Of a stretch of DNA of 64,000 nucleotides, positions 46,806 through 58,801 are shown piece by piece. The notes beneath the pieces were generated by a model, which worked only from the letters and a program-made list of their open reading frames with translations, made no database searches and was not told the origin of the DNA. Both the position numbers and the translations under genes were made by a program. Position 1 is the first letter of the stretch; each line of letters begins with the position of its first letter. The DNA is from Alphaproteobacteria bacterium (GTDB lineage: Bacteria > Pseudomonadota > Alphaproteobacteria > MPNO01): NCBI GenBank assembly GCA_965202905.1, contig OZ241868.1:1353699-1417698 (forward strand), given 5' to 3'.

Positions 46806-48011
46806 ATGAGGGACGGGAATGTCGCGGGCGCGAAACGGTGGCGGCGCCAGACGGAGCTGGTTCGCGGCGGGCTGATGCGGTCCCAGCACGGCGAGACCGC
46901 CGAGGCGATCTACACCACCTCCGGCTATGTCTATGGCGCGGCCGAAGAGGCCGAGGACGCCTTCGCCAACCGGACCGAGCGGTTCATCTACTCGCGCTAC
47001 GCCAACCCGACGGTCGAGATGTTCCAGGAGCGCCTGCGCTTGATCGAGAACGCGCCTGCGTGCTGGGCGACCGCCTCGGGCATGTCGGCGGTCTTCGCCG
47101 CGATCGTCTCAATGGTCCGGGCCGGCGATCACGTCGTCGGCGCGCGCGCGCTGTTCGGCTCATGCTTGTACATCCTGACCGACATCCTGCCGCGGCTGGG
47201 CGTTGAGACCACGATCGTCGACGGGCCGGATCTGGAGGGCTGGCAGGACGCGCTCTCGCGGCCGACGCGCTGCGTGTTCATCGAGACGCCGTCGAACCCC
47301 GGGCTCGACATCTTCGACATCGCCGCGATCTCCGATCTCGCCCACCAGGCCGGCGCGCTGGTGATCATCGACAACGTCTTCGCCACCCCGGTGCTCCAGC
47401 ATCCGCTGGAGCTCGGCGCCGATATCGTCGTCTATTCCGCGACCAAGCACATCGACGGCCAGGGACGGTGCCTCGGCGGCGCGATCCTGGGCAGCGAGGA
47501 ATACTGCACCGAGATTGTCAAGCCATTCCTGCGCCACACCGGCCCCTCGCTCAGCCCGTTCAACGCCTGGATTCTTCTCAAGGGGCTGGAGACGCTCGAC
47601 CTGCGCATCCGCCAGCATTGCCACAACGCACGCGAGATCGCCGATTTCCTGGAACGGCAGAAGGGGATCTCGCGGGTGCTCTATCCCGGGCTCGAAAGCC
47701 ACCCGCAGCACGCGCTCGCCAAGCGGCAGATGAGCGATTTCGGCAGCGTGGTCACCGTCGAACTCGCGGGTGGCAAGGATCGCGCGTTCCGGTTCCTGAA
47801 TTCCCTGTCGCTGATCGACATCTCCAACAACCTGGGCGACGCCAAGTCGCTGGTCACCCACCCCGCGACCACCACCCACCAGCGGCTGTCGCCCGCGGAG
47901 CGCGCCGGGCTCGGCATCACCGACGGGGTGGTGCGCATCTCGGTCGGGCTGGAAGATCCCGAGGACATCAAAGAGGATATCGACGCCGCGCTGAAAGCCG
48001 CCGGGGCGTGA
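46806..48011 (+). CDS. metZ: O-succinylhomoserine sulfhydrylase (Cys/Met-metabolism PLP family)
   Basis: 401 aa; SGYVYG, PLP-lysine region YSATKHIDGQG. Confidence 0.8.
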   Translation: MRDGNVAGAKRWRRQTELVRGGLMRSQHGETAEAIYTTSGYVYGAAEEAEDAFANRTERFIYSRYANPTVEMFQERLRLIENAPACWATASGMSAVFAAIVSMVRAGDHVVGARALFGSCLYILTDILPRLGVETTIVDGPDLEGWQDALSRPTRCVFIETPSNPGLDIFDIAAISDLAHQAGALVIIDNVFATPVLQHPLELGADIVVYSATKHIDGQGRCLGGAILGSEEYCTEIVKPFLRHTGPSLSPFNAWILLKGLETLDLRIRQHCHNAREIADFLERQKGISRVLYPGLESHPQHALAKRQMSDFGSVVTVELAGGKDRAFRFLNSLSLIDISNNLGDAKSLVTHPATTTHQRLSPAERAGLGITDGVVRISVGLEDPEDIKEDIDAALKAAGA

Positions 48012-48086
48012 GCGCCGGGCGGCTTTCACGGCCGACGCAATCCCGCTAATATCCGCCGCCACCGACGCGAACGCTGAGAAACGCCC

Positions 48087-48479
48087 ATGTACACGGCCAA
48101 GACCAGGGAGATCCGGGTTTCGGTCGAGCCTGCCTATCTCGACGGGCAGTCCTCGCCGAGCGACGGCCATTATGTCTGGGCCTACCACGTCAAGATCGAC
48201 AACGAGGGGGGCAGGACGGTCCAGCTTCTGACCCGGCACTGGAAGATCACCGACGGCATGGGCCGGATCCAGGAGGTCCGCGGCGCGGGCGTGGTCGGCG
48301 AGCAGCCGGTCCTGCAGCCGGGCGAGAGCTTCGAATACACCTCGGGCACGCCGCTGCCGACGCCTTCGGGCATCATGCTCGGCACCTACGGTATGCGGGC
48401 GCTTGACGGCGAGCGGTTCGATATCGAAATTCCGGCTTTCTCGCTGGACAGCCCGCACGAGGCCAAGCGAGTCAACTGA
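48087..48479 (+). CDS. apaG: ApaG-domain protein
   Basis: 130 aa; [14 protein letters not shown]...[12 protein letters not shown]...VVGEQPVL is ApaG/DUF525. Confidence 0.85.
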   Translation: MYTAKTREIRVSVEPAYLDGQSSPSDGHYVWAYHVKIDNEGGRTVQLLTRHWKITDGMGRIQEVRGAGVVGEQPVLQPGESFEYTSGTPLPTPSGIMLGTYGMRALDGERFDIEIPAFSLDSPHEAKRVN

Positions 48480-48540
48480 GGGGCGCCGCCGAAGGTCGGG
48501 GCGAGCGCCGAGTCAAGGGAAGCGTGTCGAAGTGTCGTTC

Positions 48541-49170
48541 GAGCAAGTCGGGCTGTCGCCCATCGAGACCGGCGAGGATCGCCCGAGCCTCGAACAGGTC
48601 CGCGAGGCGGTACGGACCCTGATCCGCTGGGCCGGCGACGACCCCGGGCGCGAAGGCCTGCTGGAGACCCCGGACCGGGTCGCCAGGGCCTATGGCGAAT
48701 GGTTCTCCGGCTATTTCGAGGACCCCGAGGAGATCCTCGCCAAGACCTTCGAGGAGACCGAGGGCTATGACGAGATGGTCGTGCTGCGCAATGTGCGGTT
48801 CAACTCCCATTGCGAGCACCACATGGCGCCGATCATCGGCCGCGCCCATATCGGCTACCTGCCGCGGCGCCGGGTCGTGGGCATCTCCAAGCTCGCCCGG
48901 CTGGTCGAGGTCTACGCCAAGCGGCTACAGATCCAGGAAAAGATGACCGCCCAGATCGCCCAGGCCGTCATGCACGTTCTTCAGCCCGAAGGCGTCGGCG
49001 TGGTCATCGAGGCCACGCATGAGTGTATGTCGACCCGCGGCGTCGACAAGCCGGGCGCGACCCTGATCACCAGCCAGATGACGGGTCCGTTCCGCGGCGA
49101 CCCCTCGACGCGGCGCGAGTTCCTGGCGGCGATCGGCAACCCCCAGATGGGCCAGTCCTTCTCGGCATAA
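48541..49170 (+). CDS. folE: GTP cyclohydrolase I
   Basis: GTG start; [25 protein letters not shown] and [15 protein letters not shown] motifs. Confidence 0.85.
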   Translation, partial: EQVGLSPIETGEDRPSLEQVREAVRTLIRWAGDDPGREGLLETPDRVARAYGEWFSGYFEDPEEILAKTFEETEGYDEMVVLRNVRFNSHCEHHMAPIIGRAHIGYLPRRRVVGISKLARLVEVYAKRLQIQEKMTAQIAQAVMHVLQPEGVGVVIEATHECMSTRGVDKPGATLITSQMTGPFRGDPSTRREFLAAIGNPQMGQSFSA

Positions 49171-49215
49171 GCCGTCCAGGGTGTTGGCCTGCGCCAACAT
49201 GGGCAGGGCCGTCAG

Positions 49216-50664
49216 GTGCTCGACTTTCGTCCGATCATCTTCGTCATGGGGATCCTGCTCACCACGCTGGCGCTGGCCATGTTCGCGCCCATGGCGGCGG
49301 ATCTGGCCGGCGGCCATCCCGATTGGAAGGTCTTCGCCGGCTCCAGCGGACTGACCCTGTTCATCGGTGTGACCATGGTGCTGACCGCGCGCAGCCCGCG
49401 GTTCGAGATCAACATCCGCCAGGCGTTCCTGTTGACCACCGGAAGCTGGCTGGTGTTGACCATGTTCGCGGCCCTGCCGTTTTCCTTCGCCTCGATCGGG
49501 CTGTCCTATACCGACGCCTTCTTCGAGGCGATGTCGGGCATCACGACGACCGGCTCGACGGTGATCGCCGGTCTCGATACCGCGCCGGCCGGTCTGCTGC
49601 TGTGGCGGGCGCTGCTGCAATGGCTGGGCGGCATCGGCATCATCGTCATGGCGGTGGCCGTCCTGCCGATGCTGCAGATCGGCGGGATGCAGCTCTTCCA
49701 CACCGAATCCTCGGACCGCTCGGACAAGGTGCTGCCGCGGGTCACCCAGATCACCGCCGGGATCGGCCTGACCTATCTCGGCCTGACCGTCCTCTGCGCG
49801 CTGCTGCTGATGGCCGTCGGCGTGACCGGCTTCGACGCCGTGGCGCACGCGATGACGACGATCGCGACCGGCGGGTTCTCGACCTCGGATGCCTCGGTGG
49901 CCGCGTTCGCCAACCCCGACGCGGAAGTCGTCATCACGGTGTTCATGCTCTCCGGCGCGCTGCCCTTCGTGCTCTACCTCCAGGCGGTGCGCGGCGATCC
50001 GAGAGCGATCGTGCGCGACAACCAGGTGCGCACCTTCATCGCCATCGTCGTGTGCGTGGTCGTCGCGATGACGCTGTGGCGGGTGCTGGCGGGCGGGGCG
50101 CCGGTCCTCCAGGCGATGCGCGAGGTCGCCTTCAACGCGGTCTCGATCATCACCGGCACCGGCTATGCGACCACCGCCTATGACGGCTGGGGCAACTTCG
50201 CGATCGCGGCGTTCTTTTTCATCATGTTCATCGGCGGCTGCGCCGGCTCGACGACCTGCGGTATCAAGGTCTTCCGCTTCCAGGTGCTCTATGTGACCGC
50301 GGAGGCGCAGATCCACCGCCTGGTCCAGCCCCACGGCGTGTTCGTGCCTCACTTCAACCGGCGCCCGATCGACCATGAGGCGGCAAGCTCGGTGATGAGC
50401 TTCTTCTTCCTGTTCGCCGCCACCTACGCGGTGCTGGCCCTGCTGCTGGGCGCTCTCGGGCTCGACTTCATCACCGCGGTCTCCGGCGCCGCGACCGCGA
50501 TCTGCAATGTCGGCCCGGCGCTGGGGCCGATCATCGGTCCCAGCGGCACCTTCGCGCCGCTGCCCGATGCGGCCAAATGGGTGCTCTCGGCCGGCATGTT
50601 GCTCGGCCGGCTGGAGCTGTTTACCGTTCTGGTACTGTTGACGCCGTCGTTTTGGAGGGGTTAG
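49216..50664 (+). CDS. trkH: Trk-type potassium uptake protein TrkH
   Basis: 482 aa; repeated M-P-M pore-loop units with GFST/GYAT-type selectivity sequences. Confidence 0.9.
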   Translation: MLDFRPIIFVMGILLTTLALAMFAPMAADLAGGHPDWKVFAGSSGLTLFIGVTMVLTARSPRFEINIRQAFLLTTGSWLVLTMFAALPFSFASIGLSYTDAFFEAMSGITTTGSTVIAGLDTAPAGLLLWRALLQWLGGIGIIVMAVAVLPMLQIGGMQLFHTESSDRSDKVLPRVTQITAGIGLTYLGLTVLCALLLMAVGVTGFDAVAHAMTTIATGGFSTSDASVAAFANPDAEVVITVFMLSGALPFVLYLQAVRGDPRAIVRDNQVRTFIAIVVCVVVAMTLWRVLAGGAPVLQAMREVAFNAVSIITGTGYATTAYDGWGNFAIAAFFFIMFIGGCAGSTTCGIKVFRFQVLYVTAEAQIHRLVQPHGVFVPHFNRRPIDHEAASSVMSFFFLFAATYAVLALLLGALGLDFITAVSGAATAICNVGPALGPIIGPSGTFAPLPDAAKWVLSAGMLLGRLELFTVLVLLTPSFWRG

Positions 50665-50687
50665 TGGCGGACGGGACGGGGGCGCGG

Positions 50688-51833
50688 ATGAGCGATGTCG
50701 AAGCGATCGGGCGGCTGGTCGGCTTCGACACCACATCGTCCAAGCCCAACCTGCCGCTAATCGATGCGGTCGCCGACGACCTCGCGGTCCACGGCGCGAC
50801 GATCCGCAAGGCGCCGGACGAGACTGGCGCGAAGGCCAATCTGTTCGCCACCTTCGGGCCATCCGAGCCGGGCGGGATCGTCCTGTCCGGCCATTCCGAC
50901 GTGGTCCCCGTCGAGGGTCAGCCCTGGTCGTCGGACCCCTTCCGCATGGTCGAACGCGACGGCCGGCTCTACGGCCGCGGCACCGCCGACATGAAGGGCT
51001 TCATCGGCTGTGTCGTGGCGCTGGCGCCGGAGATCGCCGCCGCGCGGCTGCGCCGGCCGATCCACATCGTGCTGTCCTATGACGAGGAGGTCGGCTGCGT
51101 CGGGGTCCGCGCGCTGATCGCGCTGATCGGCCGGGATCTGCCCAAGCCGGAGCTTGCCATCGTCGGCGAGCCGACCGGCATGAAGGTGGTCAACGCCCAC
51201 AAGGGCATCTCCCAGCAGGAGACCGTCGTCACCGGCCGCGACGGGCATTCCAGCCGGCCGGGGGCGGGCGTGAGCGCGATCCTCTATGCCGGCGAGTTCA
51301 TCCGCCGCGTCGAGACCGTCATCGGCGAGCTGCCCCGGGACGGCGCGGCCGCCGCGTTCGACCCACCGGGTACGACCTTCAATATCGGCACGATAACCGG
51401 GGGGACCGCCGTCAATATCATCGCCCGGCGCTGCGCGTTCCGCTGGGAGTTCCGTCAGACCCCGAACGTCGATCCGGCCGAGGTGCTCGCGCGGCTCGAC
51501 GGCTTCGCGGCCCAGGCGCTGGCGCCGCGGATGCGCGCCGTCGATCCCGACGCCGGGATCGAGACCGTCGTCAACATCGCCGCGCCCACATTGGGACCGC
51601 TGCCGGGCTCCCCGGCCGAAGCGCTGGCGCTCAGGCTGACCGGCCAGAACGGCGCCGAGACGGCGTCGTATGTCTGCGAGGCCGGCCTGTTCGCCGAGGC
51701 CGGCATCCCCTCGATCGTCTGCGGGCCGGGCCATGTGGCCCAGGCGCATCAGCCCGACGAGTTCGTCAGCCGCGATCAAATCGCGCAGTGCACCGCGTTC
51801 CTGCGCCGCGTCATCCGCTCCGCGGCCGCGTGA
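50688..51833 (+). CDS. M20-family deacylase (acetylornithine deacetylase ArgE-like)
   Basis: SGHSDVVPV, GRGTADMKG and YDEEVGCVG metal-binding motifs. Confidence 0.8.
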   Translation: MSDVEAIGRLVGFDTTSSKPNLPLIDAVADDLAVHGATIRKAPDETGAKANLFATFGPSEPGGIVLSGHSDVVPVEGQPWSSDPFRMVERDGRLYGRGTADMKGFIGCVVALAPEIAAARLRRPIHIVLSYDEEVGCVGVRALIALIGRDLPKPELAIVGEPTGMKVVNAHKGISQQETVVTGRDGHSSRPGAGVSAILYAGEFIRRVETVIGELPRDGAAAAFDPPGTTFNIGTITGGTAVNIIARRCAFRWEFRQTPNVDPAEVLARLDGFAAQALAPRMRAVDPDAGIETVVNIAAPTLGPLPGSPAEALALRLTGQNGAETASYVCEAGLFAEAGIPSIVCGPGHVAQAHQPDEFVSRDQIAQCTAFLRRVIRSAAA

Positions 51834-51934
51834 GCGCGCGCGATCCGTAGCGACGAGATCGACGCATCGGTCTCGGATGCGCCGATATCGAGCGCCGGGC
51901 CTTGGCGCAACACGGGCCTTGGCGCACGGGGCGG

Positions 51935-52825
51935 TCAGGCGGCCGTCTGCGAGCGTCGGCCGCTTTCCCACTTCACGACGCTCACCGCGACGATCACCAG
52001 GGCGGCGCCGAAGAGTTGGACCGGGGTCAGCACCTGATCGAGAACCGAGAAGCCGAAAACGATCGCGGCCAGCGGTTCGATGTTCATGACCAGCCCGGTC
52101 CGCACGGTTCCGATGATGAACATCGCGGCGAAGAATGAGACCGAGGCTACGGTGTAGAACAGCGGGACGATGAAGAACGCGACCACCGAACGCGGCGTCG
52201 TCGGCAGCGGGTAGTCCCAGGTGAGGACGGTGGCGGCGATCATGACGACCGCTGCGGTCATGTGGCCGTAGAAGACCAGCGGCCGCGGGTCTCCATAGCG
52301 CGCGATTATCGGCGCGGCGATGACGGCAAGCGCCGAGAACGAGGCGGCCGCGGTTGCGGCGAGCACGATGCCCCAAGGATCGAGGCCGCCGGCGGTGACG
52401 CCGAGCGCAAAGACGAGGCCGATGAAGGCCGCCACCAGGCCAACGCCGAGCGCCCAGGACGGCCTGTCCAGCCCGATGGCGAAGGCGGTGACTCCGATGA
52501 AGATGGGATAGAGGTAGAAGGTGATCACCGCCAGCGCGACCGGCAGGCGGTCGAACGCCTCGACCAGACAGTAGGAATAGATCGACAAAAGGATCCCGAG
52601 CGCCAGCGAGACGGCGCGGTCGCGCGGGGCCATCGCGATCGGGACGCCGACGGACCGGAGATAGCAGTAGAGCGCGGCCGCCGCGAACACGTTGCGGAAG
52701 GTCACCAGCGACAGCGGGCTCGCGCCGCCGCCATAGGCCACCACCGAGGATGTCGAGTTCGCCGCGTAGCAGAGCGCGGACAGCACGACCAGAAACAGGC
52801 CCAGCCCGTAACGCTTGTCAGTCAT
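51935..52825 (-). CDS. EamA/DMT-family transporter
   Basis: Start at MTDKRYGLGLFLVV; ten predicted TM helices in two EamA repeats. Confidence 0.7.
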   Translation of the reverse strand: MTDKRYGLGLFLVVLSALCYAANSTSSVVAYGGGASPLSLVTFRNVFAAAALYCYLRSVGVPIAMAPRDRAVSLALGILLSIYSYCLVEAFDRLPVALAVITFYLYPIFIGVTAFAIGLDRPSWALGVGLVAAFIGLVFALGVTAGGLDPWGIVLAATAAASFSALAVIAAPIIARYGDPRPLVFYGHMTAAVVMIAATVLTWDYPLPTTPRSVVAFFIVPLFYTVASVSFFAAMFIIGTVRTGLVMNIEPLAAIVFGFSVLDQVLTPVQLFGAALVIVAVSVVKWESGRRSQTAA

Positions 52826-53042
52826 CGTCTTGCCGCTCCCGGCGCCGGCGCACCGTCCCTGCCGCTTCCCGGTGTGTGCCGCCGGTGCTGCGGTTTCGAC
52901 GCGGTCGCGAAGCCTTCGGGCGACCCTGTCTGGAGCGGGCGCGACGGACGGCTTGGGCAGCGACCCGGGCTCCCGCGCGATCGCGGTCGGTCCGTGCGGT
53001 CCCCGTATCGGTTGTCGAAACCGGCAACTTGTCGGGGAGTCC

Positions 53043-53513
53043 TTAAAACGGAATCTCGTCGTCCAGATCCGCGCCGCCGCCACCGCCTGAAGAACCGCCG
53101 AAGCCGCCGCCGGGCTGGTCCATTCCGCCGCCCATGCCACCGCCGCCCATGCCCTCGCCGGCGCGACCGTCCAGCATGGTGAGCTCTCCGCGATAGCGTT
53201 GCAGCACGATTTCGGTCGAATAGCGGTCCTGGCCCTGCTGATCCTGCCATTTGCGGGTCTGGAGCTGGCCCTCCAGATAGACCTTGGATCCCTTGCGCAG
53301 GTATTTCTGGGCGACCTCCCCCAGCCGTTCGTTGAAGATCACTACCCGATGCCATTCGGTCCGCTCGCGCTGCTCCCCCGAGTTGCGGTCGCGCCAGCGC
53401 TCGGAGGTTGCCACCGAAAGATTGACGATGGGGTTTCCGTCGTTGGTGTGACGGACTTCGGGATCCCGCCCCAAATTCCCGATCAGAATGACCTTGTTGA
53501 CGCTGCCCGCCAT
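53043..53513 (-). CDS. ssb: single-stranded DNA-binding protein
   Basis: [21 protein letters not shown]...TEWHRVVIF; Gly-rich tail ending in DDEIPF. Confidence 0.9.
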   Translation of the reverse strand: MAGSVNKVILIGNLGRDPEVRHTNDGNPIVNLSVATSERWRDRNSGEQRERTEWHRVVIFNERLGEVAQKYLRKGSKVYLEGQLQTRKWQDQQGQDRYSTEIVLQRYRGELTMLDGRAGEGMGGGGMGGGMDQPGGGFGGSSGGGGGADLDDEIPF

Positions 53514-53654
53514 CTGCGCCTCCCATGCCGGGGTGATGACGCGATCATACCGCAATGCCTCCCGACCGCCAAAGGGCGGCCGGTTTCGCGCGCTGGACTT
53601 GGGGATAAAGGCGCCGGCAGAAAGAACGACGCCGGCTCGATTTACGGTTCCCGG

Positions 53655-54608
53655 CTAGGAATCGATGACGCGGACCGGCTCGCCGGCCAGCCACGCCCGG
53701 ATGTTCTCGACCGCGCCGCCGTAATAGCCGCGATAGTTCTCCACTGTCACATAGCCCAGATGCGGGGTGACCACGATGTTGTCGAGCCGGCGGAACGCAT
53801 GGTCATCGGGCAGCGGCTCGACATCGAAGACATCGAGCGCCGCGCCGGCGATCGCGCGACGCTCCAGAACGTCTATCAGGGCCGCCTCGTCGACGATCGG
53901 CCCGCGCGAGGTGTTGATCAAATATGCCCCGGGTTTCATCAGCGCGAAATCGGCCGCCGCGATCAGCCCGCGGCTGCGCTCGCTCAGAATCTGGTGGATG
54001 GTGATCACATCGGATTCGGCCATGATCTGCGATTTGGTGGCCCGGCCCACGCCGAACGCCGCGCAGCGCTCTTCGGTGAGATTCCGGCTCCAGGCGATCG
54101 CCTCCATTCCGAACGCCTTGCCGATCGTTGCGACCTGGCTGCCGAGCCGTCCGAGCCCGATGACGCCCAGCGTCTTGCCGCGCAGGCCATAGCCCACCGT
54201 CCGCTGCCAGCCGCCGTCTCGCGTGGCGCGGTCCTCGCGCGGGATATTGCGAACCAGCGCCAGGATCAGCCCCCAGGTCAGCTCGGCCGTCGGATAGCCC
54301 AGCGCCGGCGTGCCGCAGACCACCACGCCGCGCGCGTGCGCGGCCGCGATGTCGATCGACCGGTTGCGCATCCCGCTGGTCAGCAGCAGTTCCAGCCTGG
54401 GCAGCTTCTCGAACTGCGAGCGCGGAAACGGCGTGCGCTCGCGCATGATGCAGATGATCTCGAAGTCGCCCAGCCGCCGGGCGACCTCGTCTTCGCCGTC
54501 GATATGGGTGTGGAAGACCTCGATCTCGACCTCGCCCTTCAGCACCGACCAGTCGGCCATCTCCAGCGCGCAGCGCTGATAGTCGTCGATGATGGCGCAG
54601 CGTTTCAT
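53655..54608 (-). CDS. D-isomer-specific 2-hydroxyacid dehydrogenase family protein
   Basis: 317 aa; GKTLGVIGLGRLG NAD motif and catalytic Arg/Glu/His region. Confidence 0.85.
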   Translation of the reverse strand: MKRCAIIDDYQRCALEMADWSVLKGEVEIEVFHTHIDGEDEVARRLGDFEIICIMRERTPFPRSQFEKLPRLELLLTSGMRNRSIDIAAAHARGVVVCGTPALGYPTAELTWGLILALVRNIPREDRATRDGGWQRTVGYGLRGKTLGVIGLGRLGSQVATIGKAFGMEAIAWSRNLTEERCAAFGVGRATKSQIMAESDVITIHQILSERSRGLIAAADFALMKPGAYLINTSRGPIVDEAALIDVLERRAIAGAALDVFDVEPLPDDHAFRRLDNIVVTPHLGYVTVENYRGYYGGAVENIRAWLAGEPVRVIDS

Positions 54609-54668
54609 CGGCCCCTCCCTGCGTGATGGCCTATACTATCAAGAACGCATCACGGGGAGATCGCGGTC

Positions 54669-55631
54669 ATGGGCCATCTGCTGGATGGGAAATGGACAAG
54701 CGAGGACAGGCTGGTCGAGCTCGACGGCGGCAAATACGCCAAGAAGCCGGCCCGGTTTCGCGGCCGCGTGAGCGCGGACGGCTCCAGCGGCTTCCCGGCC
54801 GCGCCGGGCCGCTATCGCCTCTACTCCTCGCCGGGCTGCCCCTGGGCGCACCGCGCGGTGCTGTTCCGTGTCCTCAAGCGGCTGGAGAACGTGATCGGCC
54901 TGACCGATACCGGGCAGCGCGAGGGCGGCGAAGGTTGGGCGTTCGGCAGCGAGGGCCACATCGTGCCGGGCGCCGACCGCCGGGTGAAATACCTGCACGA
55001 GATCTATTCCCTTTCCGATCCGACCTGCACGAGCCGGGTGACGGTTCCGACCCTGTGGGATTCGGAGACCCGGAAGATCGTCAGCAACGAATCCTCGGAG
55101 ATCATCCGGATGTTCAACTCCGAGTTCGCGGAGTTCGCCGAGCCCAGCCCGGATTACTGCCCGGCCGGCAAGATGGCCGAGATCGATGCGGTGAACGCCC
55201 GGGTGCTGGACGGCATCAACAACGCGGTCAACGAGTGCGGCCGTTCGGTCTCTCAGGAGGCCTACGAGGCCGCGTTCGACAAGCTGTTCGGCACGCTGGA
55301 CGAGCTCGAGGCGCGCCTGTCGGGCCGGCGCTATCTCTGCGGCGGCGCGCAGACCGAGGCGGACTGGCGGCTTTATCCCAACCTGATCCGCTTCGATTCG
55401 GTCTACTATGTTGGCTACAAGTGCAACCTCCGCCGGATCGAGGATTTTCCGAACCTGTCGAACTATCTGCGCGACCTCTACCAGACCCCAGGCATCGCCG
55501 CGGTCAGCGACGTCGCGGCGATGAAGCGCGGCAGCTTCTCCAAGGCCGGCCCCATCGGCGCCAACGGCATCATCCCCAAGGGCCCGGCCCTCGGCCTCGA
55601 CCGCCCGCACGACCGCGGCCGGTTCAATTAA
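54669..55631 (+). CDS. yqjG: glutathionyl-hydroquinone reductase (Xi-class GST, YqjG/ECM4-like)
   Basis: RYRLYSSPGCPWAHRAVLF with the characteristic CPWA motif; 320 aa. Confidence 0.8.
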   Translation: MGHLLDGKWTSEDRLVELDGGKYAKKPARFRGRVSADGSSGFPAAPGRYRLYSSPGCPWAHRAVLFRVLKRLENVIGLTDTGQREGGEGWAFGSEGHIVPGADRRVKYLHEIYSLSDPTCTSRVTVPTLWDSETRKIVSNESSEIIRMFNSEFAEFAEPSPDYCPAGKMAEIDAVNARVLDGINNAVNECGRSVSQEAYEAAFDKLFGTLDELEARLSGRRYLCGGAQTEADWRLYPNLIRFDSVYYVGYKCNLRRIEDFPNLSNYLRDLYQTPGIAAVSDVAAMKRGSFSKAGPIGANGIIPKGPALGLDRPHDRGRFN

Positions 55632-55933
55632 CGCATTTCGGAAGAGCAAGAGTCGCAGGTGCTGTCGGTGGTTCACGCGAGGCTTCGCGTACCCGGCGCT
55701 AAGGGACCATATCACATCACAGGCGTCATGGCGCTCATGCAGGCGCAGGCAGCATCAACGCGGGACAGGTTCATAACCAGTCTGCGACATGCCTACTCGA
55801 AGTTGCCGGGGTCGTAGATTTCGATGCGCCGGGGCTGTCCCGGATGCGCCGGAATCGACGGAGATGAAGGCGATTCGGCTGGCTTCCGCCGCTGCGGGGG
55901 GCCATATTGGGCAAAGTCGGTTTTCGGGTCGTC

Positions 55934-58801
55934 ATGCAGTCCAAGATCGTCGTTCGCGGCGCGCGTGAGCACAACCTCAAGAACGTCGATGTCGAGCTGC
56001 CGCGCAACGCGCTGGTAGTGCTGACCGGGCTGTCGGGCTCCGGGAAATCGACGCTCGCCTTCGATACCATCTATGCCGAGGGGCAGCGGCGCTATGTCGA
56101 GAGCCTGTCGGCCTATGCGCGCCAGTTCCTCGAAATGATGCGGAAGCCCGATGTCGATTCGATCGACGGGCTGTCGCCGGCGATCTCGATCGAGCAGAAG
56201 ACCACCTCGCGCAACCCGCGCTCGACCGTCGGCACGGTGACCGAGATCTACGACTACATGCGGCTGCTGTTCGCCCGCGTCGGGATTCCCTATTCGCCGG
56301 CGACCGGCCTGCCGATCGAGAGCCAGACCGTCACCCAGATGGTGGACCGCATGGCCGGGATGGACGAGGGCACCCGGCTCTATCTCCTGGCGCCCATCGT
56401 CCGCGGCCGCAAGGGCGAGTACCGCAAGGAGTTCCAGGACCTCCAGAAGCGCGGCTTCACCCGGGTGAAGGTCGACGGCGCCCTGCACGAGATCGACGCG
56501 GCGCCGGTGCTCGACAAGAAGCTCAAGCACGACATCGAGGTCGTGGTCGACCGCATCGTGGTCCGCCCTGACCTCGGCAACCGGCTGGCCGATTCGCTGG
56601 AGACCGCGCTCGCGCTCACCGAAGGGATCGCAGTCGCCGAGAACGCGGAGAACGGCGAGCGCACGGTCTTCTCGGCCAAATTCGCCTGCCCCGTCTCCGG
56701 CTTCACCATCGACGAGATCGAGCCGCGGCTGTTCTCGTTCAACAACCCGTTCGGCGCATGTTCGACCTGCGACGGGCTCGGCACCCGGATGTTCTTCGAT
56801 CCGGACCTCGTGGCACCCGATCCCGGGAAGTCGCTGCGCGGCGGCGCGATCGCGCCGTGGACGGGCTCGTCCTCGAGCTATTACGACCAGACTCTCGAGT
56901 CCCTGGCCCGGCACTTCAAGATCTCGACCCAGACGCCGTTCGAGGATCTGGCCGGGCCGGTGCGCGAGGCGATCCTCTACGGCACGGGCGAGACGCCGGT
57001 CGAGATGTCCTATTCCGACGGCAAGCGCAGCTATTCGATCAACCGCCCCTTCGAGGGCGTTCTGCCCAACATGGAGCGGCGCTTCCGCGAAACCGACTCG
57101 TCCTGGGTGCGCGAGGAGCTCGGCCGCTATCAGAACGTCAGCCGTTGCGATGCCTGCGAGGGCATGCGCCTGAAGCCCGAGGCGCTGGCGGTCAAGCTCG
57201 CCGGGCGGCACATCAGCCAGGTCGCCGACATGTCGATCGCCGAGTCGCTCGCCTGGTTCCGGGAGCTGCCCGCGACGCTGACGGCGAAGAGCCAGGAGAT
57301 CGCGCGCAGCATCCTCAAGGAGATCAACGAGCGCCTGGGCTTCCTGGTCGATGTCGGGCTCGAATACCTGACGCTTTCCAGGACCTCGGGCACGCTATCG
57401 GGCGGAGAAAGCCAGCGCATCCGGCTGGCCTCGCAGATCGGCTCGGGCCTGACCGGCGTGCTCTATGTCCTCGATGAGCCCTCGATCGGGCTGCATCAGC
57501 GGGACAACGCGCGGCTGCTGGAGACGCTGCGCCGGCTGCGCGATCTCGGCAACACGGTCATCGTCGTCGAACACGACGAGGAGGCGATCCGGGCCGCCGA
57601 TTTCCTGATCGACCTCGGCCCCGGCGCCGGCGTCCACGGCGGCGAGGTGGTCGCCTCGGGCACGCCGCAGGCCGTGATGCGCTCCAGGCGCAGCCTGACC
57701 GCCCAGTATCTTCGCGGCGACCGGACGATCGAGCTGCCGGCCGCGCGGCGCCCGGCCGGGCGCGACCGGCGCATCCGGATCGAAGGGGCGTCGGCCAACA
57801 ACCTGCACTCCGTGACCGTTGAAATCCCGCTCGCCACGCTGACCTGCGTCACCGGCGTGTCGGGCAGCGGCAAATCGACCCTGATCATCGAGACGCTCTA
57901 CAAGGCGATCGCCAGGCGTCTGCACGGCGCGCGCGCCCATCCCGGCGCCTGTGAGAAGATCGAGGGGCTGGAGCTGATCGACAAGATCGTCGACATCGAC
58001 CAGTCGCCGATCGGCCGCACCCCGCGCTCGAACCCGGCGACCTACACCGGCGCCTTCACCTCGATCCGCGACTGGTTCGCCGGCCTGCCGGAGGCGCGGG
58101 CCCGCGGCTACAAGCCCGGCCGCTTCTCCTTCAACGTCAAGGGCGGACGCTGCGAGGCGTGCCAGGGCGACGGAATGATCAAGATCGAGATGCACTTCCT
58201 GCCCGATGTCTACGTCCAGTGCGATGTCTGCAAGGGCGATCGCTACAACCGCGAGACCCTCGAAATCGCCTTTCGCGAGAAATCGATCGCCCAGGTGCTC
58301 GACATGACCGTCGACGAGGGCTGCGCGTTCTTCGCCGCCGTGCCGGCAATCCGCGACAAGCTGGTCATGCTGCAACGCGTCGGCCTCGGCTACGTCAGGA
58401 TCGGCCAGCAGGCGACCACCCTCTCGGGCGGCGAGGCCCAGCGGATCAAGCTGTCCAAGGAGCTGTCCCGGCGCTCGACCGGGCGGACGGTCTATATCCT
58501 GGACGAGCCGACGACGGGGCTCCATTTCGAGGATGTGCGCAAGTTGCTCGATGTCCTGCAGACGCTCGTCGACCAGGGCAACACGGTCATCGTGATCGAG
58601 CACAACCTGGAGGTCATCAAGACGGCGGACTGGATCGTCGACCTCGGCCCGGAGGGTGGCGACAAGGGCGGGCGGATCGTCGCCGCCGGAACGCCCGAAG
58701 ATGTCGCGCAGGCGCCGGAGAGCTTCACCGGCCGGTACCTCCAGCCCTATGTCGGTGTCGTCCCCCCGGCCGCGCGTCAGCAGGCCCGCAAGCGCGCCTG
58801 A
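55934..58801 (+). CDS. uvrA: excinuclease ABC subunit A
   Basis: Start at [18 protein letters not shown]; two ABC ATPase modules ([25 protein letters not shown]) and zinc-finger Cys clusters. Confidence 0.95.
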   Translation: MQSKIVVRGAREHNLKNVDVELPRNALVVLTGLSGSGKSTLAFDTIYAEGQRRYVESLSAYARQFLEMMRKPDVDSIDGLSPAISIEQKTTSRNPRSTVGTVTEIYDYMRLLFARVGIPYSPATGLPIESQTVTQMVDRMAGMDEGTRLYLLAPIVRGRKGEYRKEFQDLQKRGFTRVKVDGALHEIDAAPVLDKKLKHDIEVVVDRIVVRPDLGNRLADSLETALALTEGIAVAENAENGERTVFSAKFACPVSGFTIDEIEPRLFSFNNPFGACSTCDGLGTRMFFDPDLVAPDPGKSLRGGAIAPWTGSSSSYYDQTLESLARHFKISTQTPFEDLAGPVREAILYGTGETPVEMSYSDGKRSYSINRPFEGVLPNMERRFRETDSSWVREELGRYQNVSRCDACEGMRLKPEALAVKLAGRHISQVADMSIAESLAWFRELPATLTAKSQEIARSILKEINERLGFLVDVGLEYLTLSRTSGTLSGGESQRIRLASQIGSGLTGVLYVLDEPSIGLHQRDNARLLETLRRLRDLGNTVIVVEHDEEAIRAADFLIDLGPGAGVHGGEVVASGTPQAVMRSRRSLTAQYLRGDRTIELPAARRPAGRDRRIRIEGASANNLHSVTVEIPLATLTCVTGVSGSGKSTLIIETLYKAIARRLHGARAHPGACEKIEGLELIDKIVDIDQSPIGRTPRSNPATYTGAFTSIRDWFAGLPEARARGYKPGRFSFNVKGGRCEACQGDGMIKIEMHFLPDVYVQCDVCKGDRYNRETLEIAFREKSIAQVLDMTVDEGCAFFAAVPAIRDKLVMLQRVGLGYVRIGQQATTLSGGEAQRIKLSKELSRRSTGRTVYILDEPTTGLHFEDVRKLLDVLQTLVDQGNTVIVIEHNLEVIKTADWIVDLGPEGGDKGGRIVAAGTPEDVAQAPESFTGRYLQPYVGVVPPAARQQARKRA

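Noticed and set aside
49178-49196. Palindrome TGTTGGCCTGCGCCAACA after folE as a rho-independent terminator
   Set aside because: It is a good 7-bp stem but has no following U-tract and lies only ~20 bp before the trkH start. It may be a rho-dependent site or regulatory hairpin, and is not confidently a terminator.
55769-55783. Possible alphaproteobacterial LexA box (GTTC-N7-GTTC) upstream of uvrA
   Set aside because: The best match is GTTCATAACCAGTCT, where the second half-site is GTCT not GTTC, and it lies ~160 bp from the start. It is too weak to call.
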